Below, one piece after another: positions 18,216-26,823 of a stretch of 32,000 nt of DNA. A program made the position numbers and the translations under genes. The notes beneath the pieces were generated by a model. It ran no database searches and had not been told where the DNA came from. It saw only the letters and a list, made by a program, of their open reading frames with translations. Origin of the DNA: Phycisphaera mikurensis NBRC 102666. Its GTDB lineage: Bacteria; Planctomycetota; Phycisphaerae; Phycisphaerales; Phycisphaeraceae. Each line of letters starts with the position of its first letter. The first letter of the stretch is position 1. The stretch is from NCBI RefSeq assembly GCF_000284115.1, contig NC_017080.1, positions 2,310,001 through 2,342,000 of the forward strand. The letters are read 5' to 3'.

Positions 18216-19436
18216 TTGCGCATCCTCCTCCTCAACGACCGCATCGACCCGACCGGCGGCTCGCAGCTGCTCACACGCGGGATCTCCGACGGCCTCGCCG
18301 CGCGCGGGCACGAGACGCGGATCCTCGCGAGCGACGCGGGGCTCGACCCCGCCGACCGCCCCGCCAACGCGAGCCTGTGCCGCGGCAGCCTCGAGGGGTC
18401 GAAGCAGACCCTGCTGCGCACCTGGAACCCCTCCGCCGCGGCGGCCCTGCGCCGGGAGATCGCGAGCTTCCGGCCCGACGTCGTCCACGTCCGGGCCTTC
18501 CTCACCCAGCTCTCGCCGTCGATCCTGCCCGAGCTCGCCGGCGTGCCCGCCCTCTACCACGCGGTGCACCACGCGGCCGTGTGCCCGACCGCCAAGAAGC
18601 TGCTGCCCGACGGCCGCATCTGCACCTTCCCCGCCGGATCCGCCTGCAAAGCGCACTGCCTGAGCGTGCCGGCCTTCGCCGCGCTGATGACGCAGCGGGC
18701 CCTCTTCCGCCGCTCCTGGCACCGCTTCGACGCCGTTCTCGCGAACTCCCGGTGCACCGCCGACCACCTCGTTCGCGACGGGCTCGGGCGGGGTCCCGGA
18801 GCCGACGAGGTCCGCGTCGTCTACAACGCGGTTCCCGCCACGCCCGCCCGCCCGCCGCTCTCGGATCCACCGCGAGCGGTTTTCGTCGGTCGGCTCTCAC
18901 GCGAGAAGGGGGTGGCGACGCTGCTGCACGCGTGGGCCCGCGTGCGGGAGGAGGTGCCCGCAGCCGTGCTCGACCTCGTGGGCACCGGCCCGCTCGAAGC
19001 CGAGCTCGAGGCGCTCGCCGCGGCGACCCTGGGTGCCGATGCGGCGGTCTTCCACGGCCGCCTCCCGCGGCCGGAAGCCGAGGCCGTCGCCACCCCGGCG
19101 TGGGTGCAGGCCGTGCCCTCCACCTGGGACGAGCCCTTCGGCCTGGTAGCCGCCGAGGCGATGATGCGGGGCACCGCCGTGGTGGTGCCCGGTCACGGCG
19201 GCCTCGCCGAGGTGCCGGAGGCGGGCGTGAGCGGCCTGCTCGCACCCGCCGGCGATCCCGAGGCCTGGGCCGATGCGCTCCTCACGCTCCTCGCCCGCCG
19301 TTCCCGCGCCGAAGCCATGGGCCGGGCCGCTCGCGAGCGGGCGACGTCGCGGTTCACGATGGACCGGCTGCTCGACGAGACCGAAGAGGTCTACAACTCC
19401 ATCCGCAGAACCGAAGCCGCCCACCGCCATGCCTGA
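18216..19436 (+). CDS. Glycosyltransferase family 4 (group 1)
   Basis: LRILLLNDRIDPTGGSQLLTRGISDGLAARGHETRIL...AVFVGRLSREKGVATLLHAWARV...WDEPFGLVAAEAMMRGTAVVVPGHGGLAEV. TTG start at 18216 inferred. Confidence 0.9.
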   Translation: MRILLLNDRIDPTGGSQLLTRGISDGLAARGHETRILASDAGLDPADRPANASLCRGSLEGSKQTLLRTWNPSAAAALRREIASFRPDVVHVRAFLTQLSPSILPELAGVPALYHAVHHAAVCPTAKKLLPDGRICTFPAGSACKAHCLSVPAFAALMTQRALFRRSWHRFDAVLANSRCTADHLVRDGLGRGPGADEVRVVYNAVPATPARPPLSDPPRAVFVGRLSREKGVATLLHAWARVREEVPAAVLDLVGTGPLEAELEALAAATLGADAAVFHGRLPRPEAEAVATPAWVQAVPSTWDEPFGLVAAEAMMRGTAVVVPGHGGLAEVPEAGVSGLLAPAGDPEAWADALLTLLARRSRAEAMGRAARERATSRFTMDRLLDETEEVYNSIRRTEAAHRHA

Positions 19437-20403
19437 CGCCACCGCCGAACCCCTCGCCTCCGTCGTCCTCGTCGTGCAGGACCGCTACCAGGCGATCGCC
19501 CGCACCATCGCGCACCTCGCCGAGCAGACCGTCGCCGGACGCATGGAGCTGGTGGTGGTCACGCCCGCCGGCTTCGGCGACCTGCCGCCCGACGGCGAGC
19601 GCGACCGCATCGGCCGCGTCACGAAGGTCGAGCTCGGCGGCGCCTCGCTCGGTTCGGCCCAGGCCGAGGGCGTCCGCGCCGCGTCGGGCCCGGTCGTGGT
19701 GCTCGGGGAGGACCACGCCTGGCCCGAACCCGGCTACGTCGAAGCGCTCGCCCAGCGGTGCAAGCCGCCCTACGCCGCCGTGGGACCCGTGATGACCAAC
19801 GCCAACCCGTGGTCGCTGGTCAGCTGGTCGAATCTGCTGCTCGCGTACGGCAAGTGGACGGACCCCGCCGAGGGCGGCCCGATCGACAGCCTGCCCGGCA
19901 CGAACACCGCGTACGACCGGTCGCTGCTGATGGCGCTCGGCGACGAGCTCGACGGGCTGATGGAGCGTGAAGGGGGCCTCCTCAAGCGCCTGCAGAAGGA
20001 CGGCCACCAGCTGTACCTCGAGCCGAAGGCCCGAACCGCCCACCAGAACGTCTCGGGCCCCACCTCCGGCGCCGCGCTACGCTTCCACGCCGGCCGGCTC
20101 TACGCCGATCGCCGGATGAAGAGCGAGAAGTGGGGCGTGGGCAAGCGAGCCATCTACTTCCTCGCGGCCCCGCTGATCCCCGGCGTCCGCGCCGTGCGGA
20201 TCCTCGGCGAGCTGAAGGGCAAGAAGATGCCCATGACGCCGCGGGTGATCGGCGGCGTCGGCCTGGGCGTCACCCTCGACGGCCTCGGCCAGATGGTCGG
20301 CTACGGGACCGGCGCCGGCAAGGCGCTCGCGCGCCTCGAGGACTTCGAGTTCAACCGCTACCGCTACCTCTCCAAGCGCGACCGGGCCGAAGCGGGACTC
20401 TGA
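19429..20403 (+). CDS. Glycosyltransferase family 2-like protein
   Basis: LASVVLVVQDRYQAIARTIAHLAEQTVAGRMELVVV...GPVVVLGEDHAWPEPGYVEAL; ATG overlaps the preceding stop. Confidence 0.82.
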   Translation: MPDATAEPLASVVLVVQDRYQAIARTIAHLAEQTVAGRMELVVVTPAGFGDLPPDGERDRIGRVTKVELGGASLGSAQAEGVRAASGPVVVLGEDHAWPEPGYVEALAQRCKPPYAAVGPVMTNANPWSLVSWSNLLLAYGKWTDPAEGGPIDSLPGTNTAYDRSLLMALGDELDGLMEREGGLLKRLQKDGHQLYLEPKARTAHQNVSGPTSGAALRFHAGRLYADRRMKSEKWGVGKRAIYFLAAPLIPGVRAVRILGELKGKKMPMTPRVIGGVGLGVTLDGLGQMVGYGTGAGKALARLEDFEFNRYRYLSKRDRAEAGL

Positions 20404-20404
20404 C

Positions 20405-20422
20405 GCGGGGGGGCACCCCCGC
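20405..20422. terminator. Possible terminator hairpin after the GT2-like gene
   Basis: GCGGGGG-ggca-CCCCCGC immediately after the stop at 20403; no T-tract. Confidence 0.35.
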
Positions 20423-20558
20423 GACCCCCGCGACGGGAGAACCCGCGCATCGACGCCGGAGAAGGAGGCACCGCACCCGGATTCTTCAGCTCCGGCCACC
20501 CCCGTGCGTCGAGCGTCCCGACCGCGTCGCCCGGCGGACGCTCTGCCTGCAAGCTTCC

Positions 20559-20592
20559 GGCAGCCACGGTTACGCCCGCATCCGTGGCTGCC
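20559..20592. terminator. Possible bidirectional terminator between convergent genes
   Basis: Perfect 11-nt arms GGCAGCCACGG / CCGTGGCTGCC with a 12-nt loop, between convergent gene ends 20403 (+) and 20607 (-); no T-tract. Confidence 0.4.
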
Positions 20593-20606
20593 CGCGGCGA
20601 GCTCGC

Positions 20607-20819
20607 TCAGCCGCAGTCGCGGCGGGCTTGCGCCTCCTCGGTGGCGGCGGCGGTCATCGCCTCGGCGGCGCGACCAAGGTCCTGGAGCAGGGGCTCGATG
20701 ACGTCGTCGCCGAAGCGGCGGGCGACCTCGTCGTCCCAGCCCTCGCGGACCTGCCGCCAGCGGGCGAGCAGCACCTTCCTGGCCTCTTCGAGGCCGCCGG
20801 CTCCGGCTTGGAGGCTCAC
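20607..20819 (-). CDS. Small hypothetical protein (70 aa), translationally coupled to the upstream gene
   Basis: GTG start: VSLQAGAGGLEEARKVLLARWRQVREGWDDEVARRFGDDVIEPLLQDLGRAAEAMTAAATEEAQARRDCG; GTGA overlap at 20816-20819. Confidence 0.65.
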   Translation of the reverse strand: MSLQAGAGGLEEARKVLLARWRQVREGWDDEVARRFGDDVIEPLLQDLGRAAEAMTAAATEEAQARRDCG

Positions 20820-21355
20820 GGGTTCCCCCCGCCGCCGGTGCCGGGGCCCTCGGCCGCGTCCCGCGTCGCCAGCAGCACGCGGCGGTAGCCGTCGAGGTGG
20901 CCGAGCAGGCCGTCGAGCCGCGCCCCCGCTTCGGCCACGCCGCCGGCGGCGGCGGCCCGGGCGGCGGAGGTGCCGGTGCGGTAGTCCTGCTCCACCTTCT
21001 CGAAGCGGCGGGACCACGTCCGTGTCAACGCGAGCTTCCGCTCGCACTCCTCCACGAGCTGCTTCGCGCGACGCAGCGCCTTCTGCTCCGCGGCGACCGA
21101 GGCGGGCTTGCCCGAGGGCGTGGGCGAGAGCTGCTTGCGGCGCAGCGTCGCCTGCGCGTCGTCCAGCGCCCTCACCGCTCTCGACCGCCGCTGCGCCCAG
21201 ACGCGCGGCTGCTCATCGGCGAGCCACCGCTGCGTCGAGCGGATCCCCGCGTCGGCGGAGCCGACGGAGGCACCGATCGCCTCCTCGATCTTCACGAGCA
21301 GGCGGCGGAAGTCCGCGAGCTGCTCGATCGAATGAACCTTGGCGGGTCCGGGCAT
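20816..21355 (-). CDS. Hypothetical protein (179 aa) rich in predicted helix/coiled coil
   Basis: MPGPAKVHSIEQLADFRRLLVKIEEAIGASVG...QKALRRAKQLVEECERKLALTRTWSRRFEKVEQDYRTG. Confidence 0.78.
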   Translation of the reverse strand: MPGPAKVHSIEQLADFRRLLVKIEEAIGASVGSADAGIRSTQRWLADEQPRVWAQRRSRAVRALDDAQATLRRKQLSPTPSGKPASVAAEQKALRRAKQLVEECERKLALTRTWSRRFEKVEQDYRTGTSAARAAAAGGVAEAGARLDGLLGHLDGYRRVLLATRDAAEGPGTGGGGNP

Positions 21356-21427
21356 GGCGACAGGCTAGGTCGCGCCCGGGCGGACCCCGCCCGCCGCGTC
21401 GGCGGGCGTCGGCGGCTCAAGACGCGG

Positions 21428-21442
21428 GAACCACGCGGGAAC
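21428..21442 (-). promoter_or_regulatory. Candidate LexA box (GTTC-N7-GTTC on the minus strand)
   Basis: Plus strand GAACcacgcggGAAC, equal to GTTCccgcgtgGTTC on the minus strand, 73-87 nt upstream of the ATG at 21355. Confidence 0.55.
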
Positions 21443-21495
21443 TACACGAGAGCCACGCATTGATTCGCCTCCCGGGTCGCTCCGCGGGGCTCGCG

Positions 21496-22128
21496 TCAGT
21501 ACGCCCGGACCACGCCGATGCAGACGCCCTGGAACCGCACGCGGTCGGCCTCGACGATCAGCGGCTCGTACTTCTCGTTGGCCGGCTCGAGCCGCACGCC
21601 GCCGCGTCGGTCCTTGAAGTAAAACTTCAGCGTGGCCTCGTCGCGGTCGACCAGGGCCACCACCATGTCGCCCTGCTTGGGAGGCCCGTCGATCTTGCGG
21701 CAGACGACGAAGTCGCCGTCGGCGACGTGGGCGTCGATCATCGAGTCGCCACGCACCTTCAGCACGAAGGTCGTCCCGCCGACGCTGCCCTTGCCGGAGG
21801 GAGCGAAGATCGTCTCGAGGTCGAGGTGCTCCCGCGTCTCGATGGCCTCGATGGGCGAACCGGCGGCGATTGAGCCCACCAGCGGCAGGCGCGTGTTGGT
21901 CTGCTCGTCAGGCAGCTCCAGATCGGGCGAGATCTCCAAAGAGCGCGCCTTGTTCTTCTGCCGCGTGAGGGCTCCTTTGCGGACGAGCGCGTCGATGTGC
22001 TCGAAGACCGTGACCTTGCTCACGTCGAGCTCGTCGGCCAGCTCCTGCATGGTCGGTGAGTAGCCACGGGTCAGCCGCGTCTCGCGGATGCGCTGCAGGA
22101 TGTGCAGCTGCTTGGGGGTCAGGTTCAT
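21496..22128 (-). CDS. lexA: LexA repressor (SOS regulator, S24 peptidase)
   Basis: MNLTPKQLHILQRIRETRLTRGYSPTMQELADELDVSKVTVFEHIDALVRKGAL (winged HTH); LPLVGSIAAGSPIEA cleavage region; LKVRGDSMIDAHVADGDFVVC catalytic Ser region. Confidence 0.96.
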   Translation of the reverse strand: MNLTPKQLHILQRIRETRLTRGYSPTMQELADELDVSKVTVFEHIDALVRKGALTRQKNKARSLEISPDLELPDEQTNTRLPLVGSIAAGSPIEAIETREHLDLETIFAPSGKGSVGGTTFVLKVRGDSMIDAHVADGDFVVCRKIDGPPKQGDMVVALVDRDEATLKFYFKDRRGGVRLEPANEKYEPLIVEADRVRFQGVCIGVVRAY

Positions 22129-22478
22129 GGCCATCAGGAGGCTCCGGAGGAGAGAAGATGCCCGCTCGCAGCGAAGCGTTGGCGGCGGGAGGGGCGGGGA
22201 CGTCGGCGACGGGCATCGCCACAAGGATCGGGTGGTGCGCCGCCCGCAGGCCCAGCAGCTGCGTCCACTGGCGGCGGAGCAGGAGGCCGGCCTCGGCCAG
22301 CGGGCTGCCGGGGGCTCCGGGACCGGCGGCCTCGGGGCCCGCCACCAGGCGGAGGAGGCGCGTGCCACGCCCGGCGAGGCCGGAGCGGAAGCTGCCGCCG
22401 GGGCCCAGCAGCACGATGGGTTCGGATGCGGTCATGGCGGGCTCTTCCAATCCCGGCGACCCGCGGGGCGCGGATCGT

Positions 22479-22493
22479 GTTCGGGACGCGTTC
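22479..22493 (+). promoter_or_regulatory. Candidate LexA box (GTTC-N7-GTTC)
   Basis: GTTCgggacgcGTTC in the divergent region between the lexA side and the hpnC-like gene. Confidence 0.5.
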
Positions 22494-22519
22494 TAACCTA
22501 ACGAGCCGCGAACGTCAAG

Positions 22520-22536
22520 CCCGCGAGCCTCGCGGG
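22520..22536. other. Short perfect hairpin in the hpnC-like leader
   Basis: CCCGCGAG-C-CTCGCGGG (8-nt arms; realistically 7 bp with a 3-nt loop). Confidence 0.4.
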
Positions 22537-22584
22537 TGTTCCGGCGGGCGTTTCTCGGCTGTCAGGAGGCGGTACGGTCCGCGG

Positions 22585-23529
22585 GTGCCCGACGCTCCGA
22601 CCGCCCAGACCGATGCGCGGACGCGGGGCCGGCGGGAGAACTTCCCGGTGCTCTCCTGGCTCGTCCCGCGTCGGCTCCAGCCGGCCTACGCCGCCGTCTA
22701 CCGCTTCTGCCGGGCGGCGGACGACGCGGCGGACCGGCCCGGCGACCCGGCGGAGAACCTCCAACGCCTCGCGGAGCTGCGGGCCGGCGTCGCGTCTCTC
22801 TACGGCGGCCTCCCGGGGCGTGCCGCGGACCGTGCGGTCTTCGGGCCGCTCGGGGCCGCGGTCCGCGGATTCGGGCTCCCACGCGCCGCGTTCGACGACC
22901 TGCTCGACGCCTTCGAGCAGGACCAGCGGCAGAGCCACTACGCCACCTGGGAGGACCTGCTGGGCTACTGCCGGCGGAGCGCCGACCCGGTCGGCCGGCT
23001 CGTGCTGAAGATCCACGGCGTCGAGGATGCCGAGCGGCTCGCCCTCTCCGACGCGACCTGCACCGCCCTCCAGCTCACCAATAACCTGCAGGACCTCCGC
23101 CCCGACCTGCTCACGCTCGGCCGCTCGTACCTGCCCGAGGACGTCGCCAACCGCCACGGCCTCGACCCACGCGCGCTGGCGGCGGCGATCCGCCGCGACG
23201 CCGGGAGCGACGCGGCCGCGTGCCGGGCGTGCCCGCCGGTGGCCGGAGCGGAGCTGCGGGCGCTGGCGGCGCCGCTGGCCGCGACCGTCGCCGACCTCGC
23301 CGCGCGTGCCCGGGCCCTCTTCGAGGCGGGCTCCGCCCTCCCCGCCCGGCTTCCCCCCCGGGCGGCCCGGCCGGTCGCCGCCTTCGGCCTCGCCGGCGCG
23401 GCGGTGCTCCGGCGGGTCGCCGAGGCGGGCCCGGGCCTCGCCCGACGGCGGCCGCCGCCGCCGCGCGGGGCGCTGGCGGTGGCGCTCCTGAAGGCCCGCT
23501 TCACGCCGCACGGGAAGGGTTCGCCTTGA
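22585..23529 (+). CDS. hpnC: Squalene synthase HpnC-like (phytoene/squalene synthase family)
   Basis: FPVLSWLVPRRLQPAYAAVYRFCRAADDAADRPGD...LCYCRRSADPVGRLVL-type region...LTNNLQDLRPDLLTLGRSYLPEDV; GTG start; first of three overlapping hpn-like genes. Confidence 0.85.
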   Translation: MPDAPTAQTDARTRGRRENFPVLSWLVPRRLQPAYAAVYRFCRAADDAADRPGDPAENLQRLAELRAGVASLYGGLPGRAADRAVFGPLGAAVRGFGLPRAAFDDLLDAFEQDQRQSHYATWEDLLGYCRRSADPVGRLVLKIHGVEDAERLALSDATCTALQLTNNLQDLRPDLLTLGRSYLPEDVANRHGLDPRALAAAIRRDAGSDAAACRACPPVAGAELRALAAPLAATVADLAARARALFEAGSALPARLPPRAARPVAAFGLAGAAVLRRVAEAGPGLARRRPPPPRGALAVALLKARFTPHGKGSP

Positions 23530-24482
23530 AGCCGGGGTACCTCGACGAGCCGGAGCGGTCCGCCGTCGCCGCCTGCCGCGAGCGGACGCGGCGGCTCGCC
23601 CGCAGCTTCCACGCGGGCATGCGGCTGACGCCCGAGCCGGGCTTCTCCGCCCTCTGCGTCGTCTACGTGTGGATGCACGCGGCCGATGAGATCGCCGACG
23701 GCCCGCCGCCGCTGGATGGGGACCGGGTGGCCGAGGCGGAGCGCTTCTGGAGCCGCACGACGAGGATCCTCGACGGCGGCGAGGCCGCTCATCCGGCCTC
23801 CGCCGCCACCCCCGCGCCCGGCCCGCCGCTCTGGCCCGCCCTCGCCTGGCTCGCCCGCGGCTTTGCGCTCCCCCGCGACGCGCTCCGCGGCGTGATCGAC
23901 GGCCAGCTCGCCGACCTCTCGTTCACGCAGCCGCCGTCGGAGGCGGCGTTGGACGCCTACTGCCGGCGTGTCGCCTCCACCGTGGGCCGCGTCTGCGTCG
24001 CCGTGTGGGGTGGCGACCCGGCGGCGACCGGCCACCTGGCGGACGCCCGCGGCGTGGCGCTGCAGCGGACCAACGTCCTCCGCGACGTCGCCGAGGACGC
24101 GGCCCGCGGGCGGGTCTACCTCCCCGCCGACGCCCTCGCCCGCCACGGCCTGGTGCCCGCCGACCTGGCCGCGCCGCCCCCCGACGACGCCACCGGCGAC
24201 CGCCTCCGGCGGCTCCTCGCCGAGCAGGTGGACCTCGCCCGCGCCTGGTACGACCGCTCGGCCGCCCTGGAGGTGCGCCTCCCGCGCCGCGGCCGCGCCT
24301 CCAGCGGCGCGATCGGCGGCGTCTACCGCGCCCTCTTGGAGGAGATCGCCCGCGATCCGCTGGCCGTCCTGTCGCGTCGGGTGCGGCCGACCCGGCCCAA
24401 GCGGCTCGCGGCGGTCGCCCGCGCGTGGGCGATGAGCCGCCTGCCGGCGCCGATCCTCCTGCGGTTAGCTTCTCGCCCATGA
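23526..24482 (+). CDS. hpnD: Presqualene diphosphate synthase HpnD-like (phytoene/squalene synthase family)
   Basis: RSFHAGMRLTPEPGFSALCVVYVWMHAADEIADG...LQRTNVLRDVAEDAARGRVYLP; TTG start overlaps hpnC by 4 nt. Confidence 0.83.
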   Translation: MKPGYLDEPERSAVAACRERTRRLARSFHAGMRLTPEPGFSALCVVYVWMHAADEIADGPPPLDGDRVAEAERFWSRTTRILDGGEAAHPASAATPAPGPPLWPALAWLARGFALPRDALRGVIDGQLADLSFTQPPSEAALDAYCRRVASTVGRVCVAVWGGDPAATGHLADARGVALQRTNVLRDVAEDAARGRVYLPADALARHGLVPADLAAPPPDDATGDRLRRLLAEQVDLARAWYDRSAALEVRLPRRGRASSGAIGGVYRALLEEIARDPLAVLSRRVRPTRPKRLAAVARAWAMSRLPAPILLRLASRP

Positions 24483-25927
24483 GCCACGCCGACGCCCAGG
24501 ATGAACCGATGACCAGCCCGCCCGGGGCGGCCGGGACCGCCGTCGTGGTCGGCGGAGGCGTCGCGGGCGTCGCCGCGGCGGTCGCTCTGGCCGACGCCGG
24601 CGTCCGCGTGACGCTGCTCGAGCAGCGTGGCCGCCTCGGCGGGCGTGCCACCTCCGTCGACGACGCCAAGGCCGGCGGCGCCCTGGACAACGGCCAGCAC
24701 GTGGTGATGCGGTCGTGCACGCAGCTGCTCGCGCTCTACCGCCGCCTCGGCACCGCCGGCGAGCTGCGCTGGGCCGAGACCCTGCACTTCGCCGACCCCG
24801 ACGACCCGAGCACGCTGCACCCGCTCAAGGGCGACGACCTGCCCGCCCCGCTGCACCTCGTGCGGCCGCTGCTGGGCTTCGGGCTGCTGACGCTCGGCGA
24901 GCGGCTCTCGGTCGCCCGCGCGTCCCTCGCCGCGCTGCAGACCGGCCGCTCCTCCTGGGCCGCCCGGGGCGAGGAAAGCTTCGCCGACTGGCTCGCGGAG
25001 CACAAGCAAGGCGAAGCGGAGATCCAGAAGTTCTGGCGGCCGATGATCGTGTCGGCGTGCAACGAGGAGCCCGCCGGCGTCGCCGCCGGCGTCGGCCTGC
25101 AGGTGCTCTGCGAGGGCGTGATGTCGCGTGACGACGGGCTGGAGCTCGGCGTCGCCGCGGTGCCGCTGGCGGACCTGCTCGCGCCGGCGATCCCGATCAT
25201 CGAGGCCGCCGGCGGCGAGGTGCGCACCGGCACCACCGCCACCGGCTTCGACCTCGAGAGCGGCCGCGTTGCCGGCGTCACGCTCAACAGCGGCGAGTCC
25301 CTCGCGGCCGACCACGTCGTCGCCGCCGTCCCGGCCGACCGCCTCGCCGCCCTGCTGCCCGGAGGCCTCGCCGGCGACGACCGGCTGACCGGCCTGGACG
25401 CCCTCGGTTACAGCCCCATCGTCAGCGTCCACCTGCTGCTGCACGCCTTCGACGGCGGCGTGGTGCTGCCGGCGGAGCGCGTCGCCCTGCCCGGCCGTCC
25501 GATCCACTGGATGTTCGAGACCGCCGCGCCCGAAGGCGCAGAGGACGCCCAGAACCTCCGGCACGTCCGCTGCGTGGTTTCCGCCGCCCGCAACCTCGTG
25601 GACCTGCCCGCGGGCGAGATCACGGAGATCGCGATGCGGGAAGTCCGCCGCCTGGTCCCCGGCAAGCGGGTGGAGGCTCGCCACAGCCGCGTGATCAAGG
25701 AGCGGCACGCGACTTTCTCCGTCGCCCCGGGCTCCGATGCGCACCGCCCCGCGGCCGCGGGCCCCTCCGGCCTGCTGCTCGCCGGCGACTGGACCGCCAC
25801 CGGCTGGCCCGCGACGATGGAGGGCGCCGCCCGCAGCGGAGCCGCGGCGGCCGCGGCGGCGCTGGGAGAGGACCACCGGCCCGCGGCCCCGGAGGCGTCG
25901 CTGCTCTACCGCGTCATCGCGGGCTGA
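24479..25927 (+). CDS. hpnE: Hydroxysqualene dehydroxylase HpnE-like FAD-dependent amine oxidase
   Basis: TAVVVGGGVAGVAAAVALADAGVRVTLLEQRGRLGGRATSV...DNGQHVVMRSC...LLLAGDWTATGWPATMEGAARSG; ATGA overlap with hpnD. Confidence 0.87.
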   Translation: MSHADAQDEPMTSPPGAAGTAVVVGGGVAGVAAAVALADAGVRVTLLEQRGRLGGRATSVDDAKAGGALDNGQHVVMRSCTQLLALYRRLGTAGELRWAETLHFADPDDPSTLHPLKGDDLPAPLHLVRPLLGFGLLTLGERLSVARASLAALQTGRSSWAARGEESFADWLAEHKQGEAEIQKFWRPMIVSACNEEPAGVAAGVGLQVLCEGVMSRDDGLELGVAAVPLADLLAPAIPIIEAAGGEVRTGTTATGFDLESGRVAGVTLNSGESLAADHVVAAVPADRLAALLPGGLAGDDRLTGLDALGYSPIVSVHLLLHAFDGGVVLPAERVALPGRPIHWMFETAAPEGAEDAQNLRHVRCVVSAARNLVDLPAGEITEIAMREVRRLVPGKRVEARHSRVIKERHATFSVAPGSDAHRPAAAGPSGLLLAGDWTATGWPATMEGAARSGAAAAAAALGEDHRPAAPEASLLYRVIAG

Positions 25928-25975
25928 TCCGCGGCGGCTGCTGGCAGCCCGCGAGCGGACCCGCCCGCCACGGCT

Positions 25976-26740
25976 TCACTTCCGCGGCTTGGACCGCGGC
26001 CTGCCGGGGACCCCGCGTTCCGCAGGCGGGGCCGGCTCGAGCCCGAGGCTCGGCGGACGCAGCCCGGCCGCCGGGCCGAGCACCACGCCGTGGCCCAGCA
26101 GGCGGCCGGCGACGTCGAGGTGCTCGGGATCGAGGTAGTACGCGTAGCGGAGGTTCTGCCGGGCGGCCGGCCGGTTGTTGACCGACTCGTAGAAGTCCGC
26201 GAGCAGCACGTACGGCTCCGGGTCGGTCGGCTCGGAGAAGGCGGCCGACTTGCGGAGGGCGTCCTCGGCGTTGTCGAAGTCGCCGATCTTCATCAGGTAG
26301 AAGGCCTTGCGGTTGTAGTCCCGGGGGTCCTGCCCGCCGTTGGCGATCGCCTCGTCGAGCAGCGCGTAGAGCCGCTCGGGCTTGTCTTGGGCCTCGTACA
26401 CCGACGCCAGGCGGTCGAGGATCTTCGGGGTCCACTTCGGGTCGTCGGGGGCCAGCGTCAACGCCTGCTCCAGCGGGAACTGCGCGTCGTCGAAGCGTTT
26501 CACGTTGATCAGCGAGGTCGCCCACCAGTAGTGGCTCGCCACGTCGGCCCCGTTCTTCTGCGCCGCGGCCCGGAACTGGTCGGCCGCCGCCTCGTACCGC
26601 TTCGCCTGGTAGAGCGTGAAGCCCTGGTTCCGGTTGGCCGCGAACGTGCTCGCCGAGGGCGTGCCCACGCAGCCCAAGAGCGGGAGCGTGAGCCCGAGCG
26701 TGGCGGCGGCGAGGGCGAGGCGGCGGTTTCGAGGTCGCAT
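25976..26740 (-). CDS. TPR-repeat lipoprotein
   Basis: Lipobox LPLLGCVG; tandem TPR-like helices (GFTLYQAKRYEAAADQFRAA..., AFYLMKIGDFDNAEDALRKSA...). Confidence 0.82.
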   Translation of the reverse strand: MRPRNRRLALAAATLGLTLPLLGCVGTPSASTFAANRNQGFTLYQAKRYEAAADQFRAAAQKNGADVASHYWWATSLINVKRFDDAQFPLEQALTLAPDDPKWTPKILDRLASVYEAQDKPERLYALLDEAIANGGQDPRDYNRKAFYLMKIGDFDNAEDALRKSAAFSEPTDPEPYVLLADFYESVNNRPAARQNLRYAYYLDPEHLDVAGRLLGHGVVLGPAAGLRPPSLGLEPAPPAERGVPGRPRSKPRK

Positions 26741-26823
26741 GAGCGCAAGCTACCCGAACGGCCGGCGGCGTCTCGCCCGCCGGAGCGCCCGGGAAGGAGG
26801 GGGCCACGCGCTAGCCTCGCCGC

